Source of the DNA: Orbicella franksi
Lineage: Eukaryota
Reading direction: 5' to 3'
DNA: 64,000 nt
Assembly (NCBI GenBank): GCA_964199315.1
Contig: OZ116708.1
Location: 24,924,001-24,988,000 of the forward strand
Shown here piece by piece: positions 25,785 through 38,690 of the stretch. The position numbers and the translations under genes were made by a program. Within the stretch, counting starts at the first letter, position 1. Every line of letters begins with the position of its first letter. Under the pieces are notes generated by a model. It was not told the origin of the DNA. It saw only the letters and a program-made list of their open reading frames with translations, and ran no database searches.

Positions 25785-28700
25785 ATGAAACCAACGCAGA
25801 CAATTGTCATTTTACTTGTAATGACCAGAGTGGCGGGTGTAAATACAATTAGGCAACTGTCGTGTTCGAAAGCGAGGAGTTTTATTGCCACGGAAGGTAA
25901 GAGATTTGCCTGCGAGTGTGTTAACCGAAGTAGCGTGGGAAGAGGGATGTAGGGGGAGGACAGCTTAAGAATGAGAGAGAAGGGAAGATAGAGGGTGGTA
26001 CTAGTGAGTGATCGAGAAGGCGCGGTGGCCTCATGGTTAGTGCGCTGTACTCCGGATCGAGTGGTCCGGGTTCGAGCACTGGTGTTCTTAGACAAGGCAG
26101 TTTACTTTCAGAGTGTGCCTCTCTTCACCCAAGTGTATAAATGGGTACCGGTGACCTTAATACTGGAGGTAACCCTGCAATGAACTAGCATACCATCTAG
26201 GGAGGAGTAAAGCAGTAGTCCTAGTCGATCATGCTACAGGTAAGCGCTGACCTGATGAGCCACTTGGCTCGTATGCAGACTTTGCCTTACCTTACTATAC
26301 TGAGTGATCAATCCTGACTGTAATAATAACGGAGCGAAGGTGTTTGTGTAGAAACTAGAAAGCAATAAAAGCATATTGACATTAAAAAAAAAAAAAGAAA
26401 CAATTTCAAATTTGGTTAGTTATAAATTTTTAAAACGTTTCTTCTATTTTTATTAATTGGGTGCGTTTCGTTGGGAAAGTGCAAAATTGGATTCTTAAAT
26501 CAAAACAAGGATTTTGCGTTTCTTTCACCTAAACAAATCAATCCAAGATCACTCGAACACAGTGATGCAACAAAGAATTGAACAATCCTCGCCCAGAGTG
26601 GGTTTTTCGGTTCCTTTGTTGCCCCATGATCTGAGTGATCTTGGACTAATCTATTTAGCAAAGAAACGCAAACTCCGTTTTTGGATTTAAGAATACAATT
26701 TCTATTATTTTTTTCAATTTTCAAAGAAACTTGCTCTAGCATACTTCGTTTTGCAGGTCACGTTCTCTCTGGTCATGCAATCTCTACCCATCAAGTGTAT
26801 TCGCTCCCAGACTGCCATGCGCTGTGTTTGAGGCATCCAAGATGTTTATCTTACAATTATCAAGTAACTTCAATGTCGTCAAGCCACTCGTGTGAGATCA
26901 ACGATGCAACAGGAAAAATGTGTCCCCAAGACATGATTGAAACAAAAGGATTTAAATACTATGAGGACAGGGTAAACAAGCTTATGACTACATCTATTCC
27001 CGCGAGGAGACTCATATAAAAAGGACTGGGGTGCTTGTCCGAAAGTTTGAAAAGAATCCTTCAGAGGTATACCAAGATCCTGTTTTGTGGGCGTGGCTTG
27101 AATTGTTTTTTTACCCATAAGAGGTATCAATTCTAAAACAACACATTATCTCCTGTCATGTTCAGTTTTTAGCTCAATACCCTAAAAGGTACTGCAAAAG
27201 CTTCCGCTGTGGACCTTTTGAGGATGAACACCCGACGAGATACCAAAAAAGCCTTTTTGACCCCTAAAAGGTACGACGAGCACCCCCGTCCTTTTTATAT
27301 GGGAGTCCCCCCCCCCCCCCCCCACGGGAAATTATATGACAAAACCTTTAAGAACATTGGTCGCAAGTCAGCGGTTTGACCAAAACCTGCAGCGCATGCA
27401 CACAGACAAGTTTACAGGGGAAAATTGAACATTTTCTGTCTCTCACAGCCGTATTCATCGCATTCTTAGTGCATCATTAGCGACATTAAGCAATGACGAC
27501 AGCCACGCCAACAACAACAACAACAACAACAACAAGAACGACGCCTAGTAAAAGAATGAATTCATATTTTACCTTCGAATTTCCCAATTATCTAGTTGTC
27601 GATCTGTTCAGCCTTCTGATCGGTCCAAAAACTTGTTTCAGCTATTTATGTGACACAGTGATCAATTCGAAGTAAAATACGAAAAAGTAGCCGCTGTGGC
27701 TCACGTTCTGCAAAATACGCAGAACTTGGTCATTTCACGTTGTTGTTTTGCAGAGAACGGCTAAAAAATATACAAGGATTTTAGCAAGTACACAGCCATT
27801 GTTCTGCTCATTAGACCTTTTGTTTGGTGACGTTTTCGTTGCCGTTGTCGTAGTGGTTTGCTTGACTTCCCTATTATTTGCAATCTAAACCTGACATTTA
27901 TTTTCTTCATATTTAGGATACAACTTGTGGTAGGCAGTGTCCCCCACGAGGTTTGTTCAAATTTCTGTCGCTTTTAATGTTACATAGTCTTTTCAACCGC
28001 CCATGAATTTAACACTCACAACAACGTTAACGTCCGTGCACAAAGCAGCAGCCATTATAATAATTGGACTTACCTTTGTACTGTTCTCTTGTCATGTCGT
28101 TATACTGCATGGTTGACCACAATCAATATAGAGTCAGCATCAAGAACTCAAACGAAACCAAACAAAACCTGAATTTCTTTGCAGTACTCGACAAGATGTA
28201 CGCTGGCAAATAATAGAGCGTTTTTACTCACGTGACCAGCAGACATGCAAATTTACTCAAACAAAAGAAAGTGTTTACGTAAGGATAGAGTTACACTCCT
28301 GCAGGTTAGACGGAACATGTTTGTACATTGTTCAGACAGGCTAGGTCGTTACAATTCTGCAATTTACCACATGCAGCTGATTGCACGGGAGTATGTACAA
28401 ACAGAGGTGGGAGGCGCGGTGGCTTCAAGGTTAGTGCGCTCGTCTCCGGATCGAGCGGTCCGGGTTCGAGCCCTCGCCGGGGACATTGTGTTGTGTTCTT
28501 GGGCAAGGCACTTTACTCTCACAGTGCCTCTCTCCACCCAGGTGTATAAATGGGTACCGGCGAACTTAATGCTGGGGGTAACCCTGCGATGGACTAGCAT
28601 CCCATCCAGGGGGGAGTAGAAATACTCCTAGTCGCTTCATGCTACAGAAACCGGGATAAGCTCCGGCCTGATGGGCCACTTGGCTCGCATGCAGACTTTA

Positions 28701-30298
28701 CCTTTACCTTTATGTACAAACAGAACAATTGTAACCTTCCAAATGAATCATCATATGAATTGAATTGAGTGAAAACAAGGATGTAAACACATTAGCCGAA
28801 TCTGTTTATTGTTTTGGAACACCAATATGGCTGCTGTGATGTCATTTGAAACTACTTCATCAGTCCAGTTTTGAATGAAACAAGACGGCTGAAAAAATTA
28901 GAAAGATTGAAGACTTATCTGTACAGCATTAGTCTTTATCTGAAGCAAATTTTCACAAAATGCAGGAAAATGCTAAAAGCGTAAGATGAAATAATTTACC
29001 AAGTCTTCAATAGTTCAACTCTTGGTATGAATTGTTTGTGTCAGAATTTCAAGTCGTGCCCTGAATAATTAAAAAAGAATACAATTAAAAGAATATTTTA
29101 ATTCTTGTTCATTTATCTAACAGATGTTGACGGAACAAATTTTCAACTTACTTTCCCTACCAAGTCCGTCACCGATTACGTCAGATTTGATCTGCTGCGT
29201 TGTGCGCCACCGCTGACCGCTTTCACGGTTTGCTTTTGGATAAAAACCGCTGACCAAGCAGACGACGGTTCCAGCTTGAGTTACTCACTTCCAGACGAAG
29301 ACAACGAGATTTTAGTAATCGATTATACGAGTTTCAAACTCCTACTTGGGGGTGACGGCGAGTAAATATCATCATTTGATTTGAATTGCACTGAGTTGAG
29401 TTAACAGATAAAATTAAGTGATGAGAAATTGTGGAGGAAAATAAATGATAGGAAATTAATAGGATATTTTCATACAGTTACACCGACATCTGCAGAGGCG
29501 TGGTAGCCTCACGGTTAGTGTGCTCGTCTCCTAATCGAGCGGTCCAGGCTCGAGCCTGGTCGGGGACATTGTGTTGTGTTCTTGGGCGAGACACTTAACT
29601 CTCACATTGCCTCTCTCCAGCCAGGTGTATAAATGGTTTCCGGCGAATTTAACGCTGTGGCCAAAAAAACCCTTGCTATGGATTAACATCACATCCAGGG
29701 AGAAGTAGAAATACTCATTTCTTTATGCTACAGAAACTGGAGATAAGTGCCGTCCTGATTGGCCACTTGGCTCGAATGCAAACTCTACCTACACCAAAAT
29801 CTCCAATACAAAATGTAAAACATTTCAGTCAGAGAGGGGATATTTCATATTAATATACGTTATGTGCTTCAGTCAATGTCATGGAATTTTGTTTATTTTC
29901 TTACTACTAGAAGAATGGATACAAGCGTCAATGATGATCAATGGCATCACATCTGCTCAACATGGGAGAATACCGCTGGCTCGTGGAACTTTTACATTGA
30001 TGGCTCTCTCTGGCGAAATGGCGATGGTTTGCAAACAGGACACGTGGTCGACAACAACGGCATTTTTGTCCTTGGTCAAGATCAAGATAGTTATGGGGGT
30101 GGTTTTGAGCAATATCAAAGCTTCCTCGGTCAGATGTATGGTGTGAACATGTGGGACACTGTTCTGCCGGTCGACGAAATTTTGCGCTTGTCGACAAACT
30201 GTACTCATGGGGTTGGCAACTATCTCAGGTGGATTGATTTCGTGACAGGTTTACATGGAAATGTGACAAAAAAGTCTCCAGCTACGTGCCTGGTGTGA
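25785..30298 (+). CDS. Secreted PAN/Apple + pentraxin domain protein, gene 2 (328 aa)
   Basis: Exons 25785-25896, 26757-26971, 27917-27950, 29124-29361 and 29911-30298 are GT-AG with compatible phases and total 987 nt. Pentraxin motifs WHHICSTWEN and LGQDQDSYGGGFEQYQSFLG. Confidence 0.9.
28406..28710 (+). mobile_element. tRNA-derived SINE in intron 3 of gene 2
   Basis: 14-bp TSD TATGTACAAACAGA at 28392-28405 and 28711-28724. Confidence 0.95.
29494..29790 (+). mobile_element. Older, diverged SINE of the same family in intron 4 of gene 2
   Basis: Recognisable head, core and tail with many substitutions and a degenerate flanking repeat. Confidence 0.85.
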
Positions 30299-30991
30299 AC
30301 TGAGCATGCGCATTTACTGATTGTTTGTCTCTATATAGTCTCTTGTTTGTATCTGTGCATATCTTCCCAACTTAGGTTACAATAGCTCGCATGTTGATGG
30401 TTAGAAAACCGGCGCGAGCAGATATTATTTCTCTTTGTAGAACTTGTGGAACTTGTCAGTTTTATCAAAAAGTCTGTAACTCGACAAAATAAGTTCTCTT
30501 TAATTTTCCTCTTACAATAATAAGCAGTTCCTCATTTAAGATCACAATAAACTTTCCTTTGAATATAAATCTTTGCATTTTATGTAGGTATAAATGTAGT
30601 TGATCCTTAGTTTCACCTAATTTAGATGCTTGGAAAAAAAAGGTCCGTTTACATAACATATATTACAATGAATTAAAACGAATAAAGCGATACTTTACAA
30701 TTTAAAAACAGCTAGGCTTTTGATTTTGCCTTAATTTATGTGAAGTTTATTAACTACCTTGGTTTTATATCAAGCTACACAGTAAATAACGTTAACCATT
30801 TACAATAAATGTACAAGTTTAAACTAGGAGATATATAATTAGATATATTACAGATATAAATGCCAAATCCGCCAAGATGGCGGATTTCCGTCGAAACAGA
30901 TCGAAAATATATAATTCATATGTCACATGACGCATTTATTTCATCTAAACACTCTCTAAGTTTAATGACAGTAATTAAAATAAATCTGTCA

Positions 30992-31422
30992 AGCCTGGTT
31001 CACACTAGCGACATAACGACATAACGACATCGTCACGAACGACATAGAAAGGACGTTATCTCGACGTAAAAAGGACGTTATGTTTGTAGTGTGAACATTT
31101 AGACATAATGACATATTAGCAACATAACAGCATGAACATAACGACATAAAGATAAAACTGATCTTTTCCTTATGTCGTTATGTCGTTATGTCGCTACTAT
31201 GAACCAGGCTTAAGTTATAAAGCCTAGTTCACACGAGCGACATACCGACATAAACACATCGTCATAAGAGGGACGTTATGTCGTTAAGTTAACTTTGTAG
31301 TTTGAACATCCTGACAAAATGACATAATAGCAACATAACAACATGAACATTACGCAACAGGAAAAAAAAAAACTGATCTTTTCCTTATGTCTTTATATCG
31401 ATCGCTGGTGTGAATCAGGCCT
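30992..31422. mobile_element. Two adjacent Harbinger-type MITEs (30992-31210 and 31221-31422)
   Basis: TIR AGCCTGGTTCACACTAGCGACATA / TATGTCGCTACTATGAACCAGGCT, internal ACGACATA repeats, 10-bp spacer between the copies. Confidence 0.8.
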
Positions 31423-31990
31423 AGCTGGAGTCCCAGGGGTCAGAATAAGGTAGTTTCTGAGGGTACGTTTCTTTGCGATGACTTCAAATCAGGATCAATG
31501 ATCCAAAATCACTCGGATCACAATTCATCAAAGGAACCATTGAATCCTTGCCTAGACTAGGTTCGTCGGATCTTTTGATGCGCAATGATCCGGGGGGAGG
31601 GATTCCATATATGGGCTAGATGGGTATGTGCCGTGGGAAAGGGTAGGGTTTTTGAGGTTCTCGATTCTTTTTGCCCCAGTTGGCATTGGGTATCTATTTA
31701 CATTCCCTTCGCTCTTCAAACAGGGTCAGGGTTTAAGACCCTTCGCGGCACACACTATACACAAATTTACGGAAGTACCCTCCCCTCTGGGGAAAATGAT
31801 CCGATTGATATTGGATCATTTATCCTGATCTGAATCATCACAAAGGAACGCACTCTATTGTTCGCTTTGATCAAAATACACAAGAAATCTTTTTTGACCA
31901 GGGTCTTGTTTCGTGACACAACAAAGCAGCTTTCAAGTCTCTATTACGTTGCCACTATCCCCAAGAGACCAAAGATACGCGCATGCGCAT

Positions 31991-34900
31991 TTACACAACT
32001 GAACACTTTTCTACCACAAGAAGCGATTCCCAGACTTTCACTTCTTCCTTCGAGGTAAATGTCTTAGATTTCTTGACACAGGAAACAGTCAACAGTATGG
32101 CAGTGCCAAATATCATTATAGCACCAGCCATGTAGAATACTGGGTCATACGATCCTTGAAGATCTGCTACTAAACCTTTGAAAAAAGGGAAAAATCGCAA
32201 ATAAATCTCATGAACAACGTAAAACAATTTATTTATATGCTTTTTACGAGCCTTCTAATATTCTGTATGGATAGTAGCGTGGTGACGCTATGCCAACGTT
32301 AAATGTGCAGGATATAACCTCACATTGACAAATGCGAAAATTAACGGAGAATATTCCAAAGTTCCCGGTGATCCCCCGAGGGCTAACAAAGGTTACTTTT
32401 CAAATAGGTTTAAAAACACCTAAAGGCTTCTGAAAGTGCCACTAGCATTAACACAATCTGTCCAAGGCGGTTTAGTTCAATAGGTCGTCATCAAAATAAA
32501 AGAACAAATAATTCAAATGGACAAACAACTAACTTCAGATTGGCAAATAAATTCAAATTAGTACGGGATGTGACTGGGGAAAGAAACGGAACTAGCGTCC
32601 CAATTGCGATCTAACGCTCTGCTACACTCAACATGGACTTAATAAATACATTTAAAATGCTGTTGATTAAGAACAAAAGACCCAAACTGAACACGCAAGC
32701 GGATTTCATTCCCGCGAAACTTTTTACATGAATGTTTACATGTAACGTTTGCTAATTTCATTTTCTCACATCCTAAAAACTATAAATATGTCTTGCCGTT
32801 AATTTTAATTTATTCATTCGACAATGATGACATGAAGTCGTCGAAACGTCATGTAACTTTGCTTACGTTAATTTTCCTGCTTAAAAATAAATACAAGCCA
32901 ATAAAAGTGTCGAAAAAAGTAGAAGATTTGATCAAATGATCATTTGATCACAAGGAGGATACTGGAGTTTTAAAAAGGCTTACCTCCTAGAGCCGGACCA
33001 CATGCTGAAGTGACACAAGTTACGGACTGATAGACACCGAAACCCAGGGGTCTGAGTCTTTCAGGAAGACTGTAAAGTACTGCGATACTCAAACCGGAAC
33101 CCATTGTCCCATCAGCTAAGCCGTATACTACAAAGTACGCAATAAAGTGAACATTTGAAGTCGCCATAGGTAAAAGGAGGGTAACCAAGCCTAAAATACC
33201 ACTGGCCACAGAATAAATGTATATCATGTTTATCCAGCTGAAGTCATTCAATCGACCAATCGCAGGTCGCACTAGTAAGGAGGCCACTCCACTGTAGATG
33301 TACAGACGGGAGGCGACTACCTCTGAAAAACCGACTTCTTCCAAGTAACGAACCTATACGAAGAGAAATAAGTTAAACTTCTAGCAGACGGATTGCTAAC
33401 ATTATTGCCAGGATTAGCACCGAGTGAGTGCAAATGCCTTTCAGCGTAGAATCCTGGCGCGGAGGCGCGGTGGTGCGGTGGTCTTAAAGTTTGTGTACTT
33501 ATTGAGATTTTCGGATAGAATCGATTCGATGGCATGGAAAACCCATACGGAAATTTCTTCATCCAATCACAATCGCGAAACGACTTTCTCACACGTCAAA
33601 AAGCGTTTCATCCAATCAGAAATCAGCTGTCAAAATGAATCAGTCAGTTCGCAACGCGTTGACGTTGTTGTTGGTACGATTTTGGGGCCTCTTCAATCTT
33701 CATTCAGGGAGTTTTTTGAGTTTTCACAAGTTTACACTAGTTTTCTCGCGAATTAGCTATAAACCGCGAACAATGGTGGAAAGTTAAAACAGGCTTACCA
33801 CTTTATCTCTTTTACCCATTGAAGATTTTATGCAGGAACAGCAAAACAAAAATACTCGGGCAAAAACCCGACAAGTCGTTAGCTTGCTAACGAATTCCTC
33901 AAACAGAAGGAAGACGCAAGAAAAGGTTAAGAAAACACACCAGATGTGTGTGAATTTAACCAACAGATGGCAAGGATTAAAAACCATCAAGCCTTCGAGG
34001 GTTTATTTCAAGTGTTAACCGGTTTTTGAAAGAAGGCAAATATCTCGTAGGTATTATCGACAACAAAGAATTTGACCAAGCAAGGAAATGTCTGGAAGCT
34101 CGAAGAAAACAACTTAAAAAAGACAAGGCAAAGAAAGTAAAAACAAACAAACAAACAAACAAACAAAACAAAGACAGCTGAGCCGTTGAGTGAAAAAGAG
34201 ATAAAGTCGGTAAACATTCTGTACGAAAAATATTTAGGCTTTCGAAGAAGCGACAAAGTGCTTGCACAAAATAACTTGACTAAGCTTATTGTTTTGCTGA
34301 ATGAAAAAGCAATTATATTTATCAGAACGTTGAAGGTCAAAATCTCAGTAAGTATAAAATAAACAAATTACAGCATGGAAAGTGCTTTGTACGGTATTTA
34401 CGCACTCGTTGTTTTTGTATCAGAAAACTCGTGCGTATATACCGTACGACCGCACATTGCCATAAAGTAATCTATATATTATTGACGAGCGCGCGTTGGA
34501 TATGAGATGGTAGATAGTCAACGAGGCAGGTAGCGCCGAGTTGACTACAATCATCTCATGTCAGGATGATCCAACAAGCGCGAGTGGAATAATTGTTTCA
34601 TTGTTAACGCTCCCACAGTATAGAAAACTAGACTAAAATAAAAATAAAAACGACCAAACAAATCACGCGTATTTGTAGAGCATGGTATAATGGTTCAAAA
34701 CCTATGATGGCTTAGCCAATAAAAACTCTCGAATTGCTTTATCCAATGATCCAGGTTTTAATAAATCTTAATATTGTGCCCATTGCTCGTATTGCATATC
34801 TATAGAACAAAGTGACATTGTTACCTAGCACTAAGCTGCAATGCGCAAAATGGGCTAAAGCTACTTTGACCCGGCTGCACACCTTGCGCCTTTTACACGC

Positions 34901-36156
34901 CCTGCGTGCCTATAACACTGTTTCAGACTTACCATATGCACGGGTGGAATGTAGTGAGCAAGGTAAAAGATAACTCCTGCCAACGAAGAGAGGACGAATG
35001 CTTTGTGTTTAAGAAGTGAAATGTCCCAGAACTTCTTGTCTTCTTTTTGTTCGTTTGTCTTCAGTTCCTCTTTCTCAAAATCTAACACTACTGGTCGGTA
35101 AACAAAGGCCAAAAGACACATTAAGACATCAATGCCAGCCATAGATAGAAACGTTCGTCTCCAACCAAAGTTTTCGAAAAGCAGTTGTACGATTGGGCTC
35201 ATGATAAATAGCCCTCCACCGGGCCCCATTGCTATTAGTCCCAGGCTCAGCGAGCGCCACTTTGTGAAGTAACTTGGCACGGCAATGTACGTAACTATAA
35301 AAATACACCCTGATCCAAAACCGAACAGAGCTCCGTATGTTACGAACATGACATAAAGATTGGAGACTTTTGATGTTGCAATGAGACTGGCAATGCAGAT
35401 CAAGGATCCAAAAAATGACACAAGTCGAGCACCAAATCGTTGATAAAGCCTCCCAATAAGAGGACCATAAAGTCCTATGCCCACCATTGCAATTGATCCA
35501 ACCCATGCTGTCAAGAGAAAATGCGTATGACACTTGCTTAGCTTTGAATTTGGGTTATTTTCCAAGAGTGACAGAGTTCCCCATTTAAAAGATTCCCCGC
35601 TTTTAAAGATTCCCCATTTTAAAGATTCCCCTTTTTAAAGATTCCTCATTTTAAAGATTCTCCCTTTTAAAGATTCCCGCTTTTAGAGATTCCCCATTTT
35701 AAATATTCCCGCTTTTAAAGATTCCCATTTTAAAGATTCCCCGTTCCCCGTTCCGCATTCCCGTTTTCCGATTCCCCGTTCCCGTTTTAAAGATAGCCGC
35801 TAACTGCATGCTCATTCATCCCACGTTCATTTGTTTGTGCCCGCAGGAGATCGTTCGTTCACTCGCCAATTCGTACATTAGTGCGTTAAATTCATTCACT
35901 TATTTGGGAACAATCGAGAAACAAAGATACCTGTTTTAGCCTTTCCCTGCTGAAATTCGTCCAACAGAGCTGGGAATAGAATGCCATAGCTATAGGTAAA
36001 TCCACAAATGGCGACATTTGAAACAACGCCTGCAAAACACACCAGCCAGGACCAACAACTGTCCTTTTGGGGTGAGCTTCTTTCTGCGCATCTCACTACT
36101 TGTGTTGTTTTCTTTCCACTCTCACTAGCCTCACCCTGCTTGACCATAGCTGTCAT
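31991..36156 (-). CDS. SLC16 / monocarboxylate transporter family MFS protein, MCT8/MCT10-like (451 aa)
   Basis: Exons 36156-35931, 35507-34933, 33353-32984 and 32175-31991 are GT-AG with compatible phases and total 1356 nt. N-terminal motif [13 protein letters not shown]...[17 protein letters not shown]; [16 protein letters not shown]; ENFGWRRTF; [15 protein letters not shown]. Confidence 0.92.
34478..34790 (+). mobile_element. Hairpin-containing non-autonomous repeat (Crypton-like) in MCT intron 2; a related hairpin type lies at 57162-57261
   Basis: Stem TTGGATATGAGATG..TAGTCAAC / GTTGACTA..CATCTCAT..TCCAAC with a CGAGGC...GCCGAG centre. Confidence 0.4.
35578..35780. repeat. 16-18 bp minisatellite (TTTTAAAGATTCCCC) plus TTCCCCG repeats at a MITE-like end
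   Basis: About ten imperfect head-to-tail units with no spacers, ending in TTTTAAAGATAGCCG. Confidence 0.85.
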
Positions 36157-38034
36157 CTTCAATTAGCTGCAAACCAATAGAAAGGTGGAACGTTACTGAG
36201 ACGTCTCAAGACTTCTTGAGTGGAAGAAAATATTACAGAATGTCGACTTGACTTAAGCCTGCGTCGCAGACGGAAATTGTAACGTGTGTCTGACGGTATA
36301 AAAAGACAGGTACAAACCAAACACAAACAGTGTACTCGGTGCCATGCCAACGGGAGTGAGTTAATTAATAGCTGGCCCAGAGGAAAACAGTTGATTTTGC
36401 TTCCCAAGGGCAATAAAAAATAGAACTTACCATAGAACAAACATTAGCCACGCACAATATATAACCTCATTAGGCCGTTATAATTGGTGGCTCACTCACC
36501 ACGGCTATATGTACGCGCGAACCTTAATTCAAAAATTTATATCCTTAGCGCGCGCAGCTTGGGACATCAAAGACTGCAAAGATGGCGTACAGAACGACGT
36601 ATCTGTCGCAGGTTATTTGCATGGTGTGCAGGTGTTGTTACCTGCAAATAATGAGTAAGCGCCAAGGAACAGAAACTGTTTTTGTCATGTTTTGTACACT
36701 CGTTATTTTTTTTATAAGAATATTTTTCTTTTTCTGGCCGAGGCTGAATATTCTTATTTTCTGCCGATTTTAGGCTGAAAATATTCTTGTGAATATTCTT
36801 ATAGCATATGACATATTGGTTTTCGAATGTATTTGGTGTCTGGATGGTGTCGAAGCAATTTTGCAGCCAGTCTGCAGGCATTATAGCCTGATATCACGCA
36901 CATAACTTGCAGAAATGATTATTGGCATCGAACAAACGACTAGTGCTGTTTTTGTTGCTTCTTGGCTAGTTTTGCCGTTTGGAGAAAGGAAGAATTTTAT
37001 ACGGTTGAGTTAAAAACGTATTATTGTATTGAATTTACAAATTTTGAACACATATTATATTCTTTTCAAGTCCGAACCTGGAGTTTATTCTTAAAATATT
37101 CTTAGAATTTCGCAAATTTCAGCCTCGATATTCTTACAAAACATATTCTTATAGCAAACGAAATCTGTATCAATGGTTCTGCCAGATAAATAATTTTAAA
37201 CGTTTCTGCAAATGTCATAAAACTTAAAAAGCGTTTGAGATCATGCTATAGGTAAACAAGAAGTTCGAAGAGCAAGCTTTGACGCTGCGCCGAGCAAAAA
37301 TTTCAACCTTCTAAAACCGTTTTTGTTCTAAATTTTTGCGGGAAAAAAGTTGGCCTCCTATTTTCGTAGGGGAGAAAGATTGCGTGACGAGCCCAAAGAA
37401 CGTCTGCGTAGAAGGCCAGAAAAAAGTAACAACGGGAAAAAGCAAAGTGATCCATCGCAGGACAGGCGGGTTAGCGAGACAGAGCTCGGAACTTAATACA
37501 CGAGAGCGAGGCGTCGATCGCACTCCGCGCCCGCACGTGTATCGCGTTTCGAGCTCTGCCTCGCTAAGCCATCTTTTCTAGCCTACGTTGCAGTTTGCAA
37601 ACAAAATTTAAAATGTTCAAATGTTGTTGTTTATAGTGGTCAATGGGCTTAGCTACAGCTAGTTAGTTCACAGGCATGCCTCTTAAACTGGCAGAAACAA
37701 ATATATCAACTAAACATAGTAGGCTTAAGAATCCTAACTGGCGGGACTGGCAAACCAATTGAACCTGGTCGGTTAGGTGAAAACCGCGGAGTGCGGAGTG
37801 TGGAGTGTAGAAATTGCAGCCAGAGTATCGGAAATGCATTGTGTAGAAAATGAGGAGTGCAGATAAAACGGCTTGTATGGAAATGGAATTTAAAAAAATT
37901 AATCTTTATTCCGTCAGACGTACGCAACTGAATAAGTCGAATAAGGTATAACACCCTATAAAACTCCTTCCATTCCCCAGCTCTCTGTGCGGTCGGCGAA
38001 GGCAATAACTCGATCTTCATAAAAGCTTTTCACG

Positions 38035-38438
38035 CCCGGGGGCACTCGCTTATATGGGCTATATAGGTATGTGCGGCCCCAAAGGGGATGGCTTTTCAGC
38101 CGTTTTTGTCATAAATAGGGTATCGATGTTGGCCATTTTGGTCTTAAATAGGGTATGGTTTTAGCATTCTAGTCTTGAATTGGGAATGTTTCTTAGAAGA
38201 AGCTACTCTTTCATCATTATCAATAAGACCATCAACAAAAGCCCTTCATAACTTATGTTAAGGGCAACTGTGCCAGCGGCAACGGTCATAAATAGGGTAT
38301 CAATTTTTTTGCCAGGTCATAAATAGGGTAGCAAAAATCGCAGATTTTGGTCATAAATAGAGTAATGATTTTGGGAAGTGGGCCACACACCTCCAACCAA
38401 CTTTTCTGGGAGTACCCCCCCCCCCCTTCCCTCCCAGG
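38035..38438. mobile_element. hAT-like MITE
   Basis: CCCGGG...CCCAGG ends, flanks TTTTCACG / TTTTAACG (8-bp TSD, 7/8 match), internal GGTCATAAATAGGGTA repeats. Confidence 0.8.
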
Positions 38439-38584
38439 TTTTAACGCAACCAGTGGCATCCTTTAGAGATGGTAGAAATCTTATGGTAGAAATCTTTCCA
38501 CACTCCACATTTTGTACACTCCTCATTTTGTATATTCCTCATCTTGTACACTTCGCACTCTGCGTTTTCTACCTAACCTGTTGG

Positions 38585-38690
38585 GTTTACCGAGAAACAA
38601 CTCCAGCTTAGTGGTCAGAGCGGGATTTGAACCCGCGACCTCCGGTTTTCAAGTCCCGCGTCCATGAACCACTCGCCTACGCTGCCTCCC
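38585..38690 (-). mobile_element. 5' head of a second tRNA-derived SINE family (truncated)
   Basis: Minus strand GGAGGCAGCGTAGGCGAGTGGTT...GGGTTCAAATCCCGCTCTGACCACT. The acceptor stem does not close, so this is not a tRNA gene. Confidence 0.7.

Larger units (their letters stand above)
17502..28777 (+). repeat. Segmental duplication, copy 2
   Basis: Near-identical to 1-12845 apart from scattered SNPs, a shorter GACA microsatellite, one fewer 1725-bp unit and 175 extra bp at 28222-28396. Confidence 0.97.

Noticed and set aside
1-28777. Treating the duplication as purely an assembly artefact
   Set aside because: Not adopted as the main reading because the block ends in two different intact in-frame pentraxin 3' halves. 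It cannot be excluded without reads, so it is kept as the refutation test.
33317-34340. Several 60-110 aa ORFs in MCT intron 2
   Set aside because: They have no recognisable motifs, and the MCT exons join in frame without them.
35578-35745. Regular short repeats resembling a CRISPR array (also the ACGACATA repeats at 31010-31200)
   Set aside because: Units are head-to-tail without unique spacers, there are no cas genes, and the context is a eukaryotic intron or MITE.
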